Shown here: in pieces, positions 62,041 to 64,000 of the stretch
How the letters are laid out: each line of letters begins with the position of its first letter
Position numbering within the stretch: the stretch's first letter is position 1
NCBI GenBank assembly: GCA_963794755.1
Contig: CAWCEX010000010.1
Location: 617,621-681,620 of the forward strand
DNA: 64,000 nt
Origin: an uncultured Actinomycetota bacterium
Lineage (GTDB): Bacteria > Actinomycetota > Acidimicrobiia > Acidimicrobiales > RAAP-2
Direction of reading: 5' to 3'
The notes under the pieces: generated by a model
The model's input: only the letters and a program-made list of their open reading frames with translations
Databases searched by the model: none
Told to the model about the DNA's origin: nothing
Made by a program: the position numbers and the translations under genes

Positions 62041-62562
62041 ACTCTGGATTCCGGCTTGCATTCAAACAGCGCCAAGTTTCTCCTTGTACTCTTTCCAGAA
62101 TTCCTTGAATGTCCCGTTTGAATCGAGGGACGGGTCGAACTGATCTAGTTTTTCCCGGCTATCGAAGGTCTTATCTATAAGGGAGAGTGGCTTTTCCGTG
62201 GGTGCCATGATGTTTATCACTTGGACCACTATCTACCCTCAATATTCTGAAAGATGTTCAATGCGGCTCAGCGTCGGTGCCGTGATTTAGGCATATTGAT
62301 GTGGCGCACGTAAGGAGAGAGCACCATGTCTGATCGAAGCATCCACCTGACGCCAGATGACTCCACAGTTCCAGCGGAGATTGAGCAGTTAGAAAATCAA
62401 GAGAAGCTGAATCGCCTTGCAGACGAGCTTGGCCGAGCAAGCTGGATAGACGGCGCACGGTTACAACCGAGGTCACAATATTCGTATTTGTAGTAGTAAA
62501 GTGAGTGGGTAAGCCCAACCTCGGGAGACGCCGGCACTCCGCCGTATGCTTCGATGTTCGCG

Positions 62563-62784
62563 CTAGGCGGCATCCTTAAGTTCCACTCCGTATCGCTTTG
62601 CAGCAGCCTGTATGCGCTTCCAAGCTGCACGACGCTCTGCTTCAGTGACGCCCTTCACCTGATTGAAGCGTGCAACAGCATTGCGAACGTGAGTGGCATT
62701 CTCCAGCGGCTCCTTGCGCTGCTTGGGGAAGGCGAACTTCTTTGCGGTTATCCGATCACGGGTTACCGTGGTTAGCTTTGCCAT
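62563..62784 (-). CDS. DUF6582-like small basic protein
   Basis: FAFPKQRKEPLENATHVRNAVARFNQVKGV..AWKRI..AAKRYGV; GGAAGG RBS. Confidence 0.75.
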   Translation of the reverse strand: MAKLTTVTRDRITAKKFAFPKQRKEPLENATHVRNAVARFNQVKGVTEAERRAAWKRIQAAAKRYGVELKDAA

Positions 62785-63106
62785 AATTCTCCCTTCCATT
62801 TCTTCTTCGACGTAATGCAGCATCTTCCCGGTTGGACGACTTCCAACTCGGCAAATTTTACAACCTGTTTCGTTCAGTTTGGTTCATCGCGCAGCCACTC
62901 CATTGAGCCCCGCCCACGATAAGAAATATGCGCCAACGGCTGCGGTTCGCAACCGAGTAGCCGAGGTCTATGTCTGCAGGGTGTTAGTGTGAATTTTTTG
63001 CGCGAGGCCAGCTATTTCTACCCTGTGATCTCATTGCACAGGTTTTGCGTCCTTGTAACTTTGGCACCGCTATTGCCTACAGAAGTTATAGAGGACGGAG
63101 GCGTCT

Positions 63107-63769
63107 ATGAGCATGTCGCTTCGAAAGGTGTATTTCGTGGTGTCTTCACTGCTACTGTCTGCGGTGTTTCTTGCACCTGCTTGTCGCGCCAGCAATGATG
63201 TGCTGGGAGAGATTCAGTTTGAGGGGAAGTCAAACGTCGAAAGAACCTCCGGAGTCTGGGTTGACGGAGGGTACGTGGGGTACTTGAAGGAACTCAGAGG
63301 GTCGAAGAAGGTCATGCTCTTGCCGGGCAAACACACAATTCTGATCCGTCAGGCCGGCTACAAGGACTTCACGGAGGAAGTGACTCTCCAGCCGGGAAAG
63401 AAGCAGGTCGTAAGCGTTGCCATGGAGAAGGCTATTACAGGACTGCCTTTGCATGAAACATCCACCGTCAAAATCTCGGGCTACCCTTCGAGAGCTGCGG
63501 TTTTCGTGGACGGTCTTTTCGTTGGCCATGTCGATGAGTTCAACGGCTGGGGTCGAGCAATGCTCGTCGCGCCCGGAGTACATCGAATCACGATTGCCCT
63601 TCCGGGGTACGAAACTTTCGAGGCCGAAATCAATCCACATCCAGATCAAAAGGTGGAGATCAAGACAGACCTACTGAAGAGCAATGCACCTCTCGCCGCT
63701 CCGCTGCTCGAACCGGGAGGGGACGTGCGGGGTCTACCGAATGCTATCGCCTCACCCACGGGGAGGTAA
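63107..63769 (+). CDS. Secreted PEGA-domain protein (two PEGA-like domains)
   Basis: Signal peptide, GVWVDGGYVG..LLPGKH..GYKDF and AVFVDGLFVG..PGVH..PGYETF. Confidence 0.8.
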   Translation: MSMSLRKVYFVVSSLLLSAVFLAPACRASNDVLGEIQFEGKSNVERTSGVWVDGGYVGYLKELRGSKKVMLLPGKHTILIRQAGYKDFTEEVTLQPGKKQVVSVAMEKAITGLPLHETSTVKISGYPSRAAVFVDGLFVGHVDEFNGWGRAMLVAPGVHRITIALPGYETFEAEINPHPDQKVEIKTDLLKSNAPLAAPLLEPGGDVRGLPNAIASPTGR

Positions 63770-63774
63770 GGCGA

Positions 63775-63885
63775 CGATCACCCCTCGCTTGACGAGGCGG
63801 TTGTGACCGCGACCAATAATCTCGCGGCCGTGGACGATAACCGGACCGATTGGGTTCCCCCTTCGAGCAGCCCCTGAGCTGATTA
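63775..63885 (-). pseudogene. N-terminal fragment of a nucleoside/cytosine deaminase
   Basis: QGLLEGG(fs)PIGPVIVHGREIIGRGHNR resembles the deaminase motif P.G.V.V..G.IIGRGHN; the HAE/PCxxC part is absent. Confidence 0.55.
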
Positions 63886-64000
63886 TCCCGCTCACCCGCC
63901 CTGCGGATGTATATCCACTTGGGACAGGGGCAAAAATCATCTTTCGCAGGACAGTTAGGATTGTGCCGGGTGAAGGGCTTGACTGAACCTCATAGGCTCT

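Noticed and set aside
71-63940. Numerous long antisense or alternate-frame ORFs in the track (e.g. 11918-12589, 17315-18133, 21653-22678, 31067-31981)
   Set aside because: They are shadows of well-supported genes in GC-rich DNA, with no motifs or RBS
1-64000. tRNA, rRNA, integrase, transposase, retron/DGR reverse transcriptase
   Set aside because: No such sequences or motifs recognised by eye; tRNAscan-SE/Infernal would be needed to exclude small RNAs

Overview
Moderately GC-rich bacterial chromosome segment. The gene families and the small-protein repertoire suggest Acidobacteriota (Terriglobia-like); this is an inference, as no marker gene is present. Left part (1-35.3 kb) is mostly metabolic. 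It holds osmoprotectant ABC genes, an MFS transporter, an ABC-2 exporter, a long malate synthase, an ATP-dependent DNA ligase, a YXWGXW protein and a complete bidirectional [NiFe]-hydrogenase operon (hoxEFUYH + hoxW) preceded by two perfect TGTGA-N6-TCACA boxes. An acetate operon (DUF485-actP-acs-acs) follows, divergent from a Crp-family regulator. Next is a HybA/HybB-like FeS/NrfD pair with no catalytic subunit, linked to a putative heme-c sensor kinase, a sigma-54 regulator and an archaemetzincin, then anmK, a peptide-binding protein, xseB and ispA. Right part (35.4-64 kb) is accessory-like. It has many small ORFs, three pairs of Cys-rich zinc-finger-like microproteins, two more Crp paralogues (one fused to a receiver domain), an ECF sigma factor, a His-rich secreted micropeptide, a 9-repeat Ig-like protein and several gene fragments. 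The most striking unexplained structure is a ~1 kb imperfect, indel-rich inverted repeat centred at ~42,171 that consumes the 3' end of the Ig-like gene. It is most likely a long-read fold-back/chimeric junction, though a real palindromic rearrangement cannot be excluded. Many genes carry small frameshifts typical of an unpolished long-read assembly. No rRNA, tRNA, CRISPR array, integrase or transposase was recognised.
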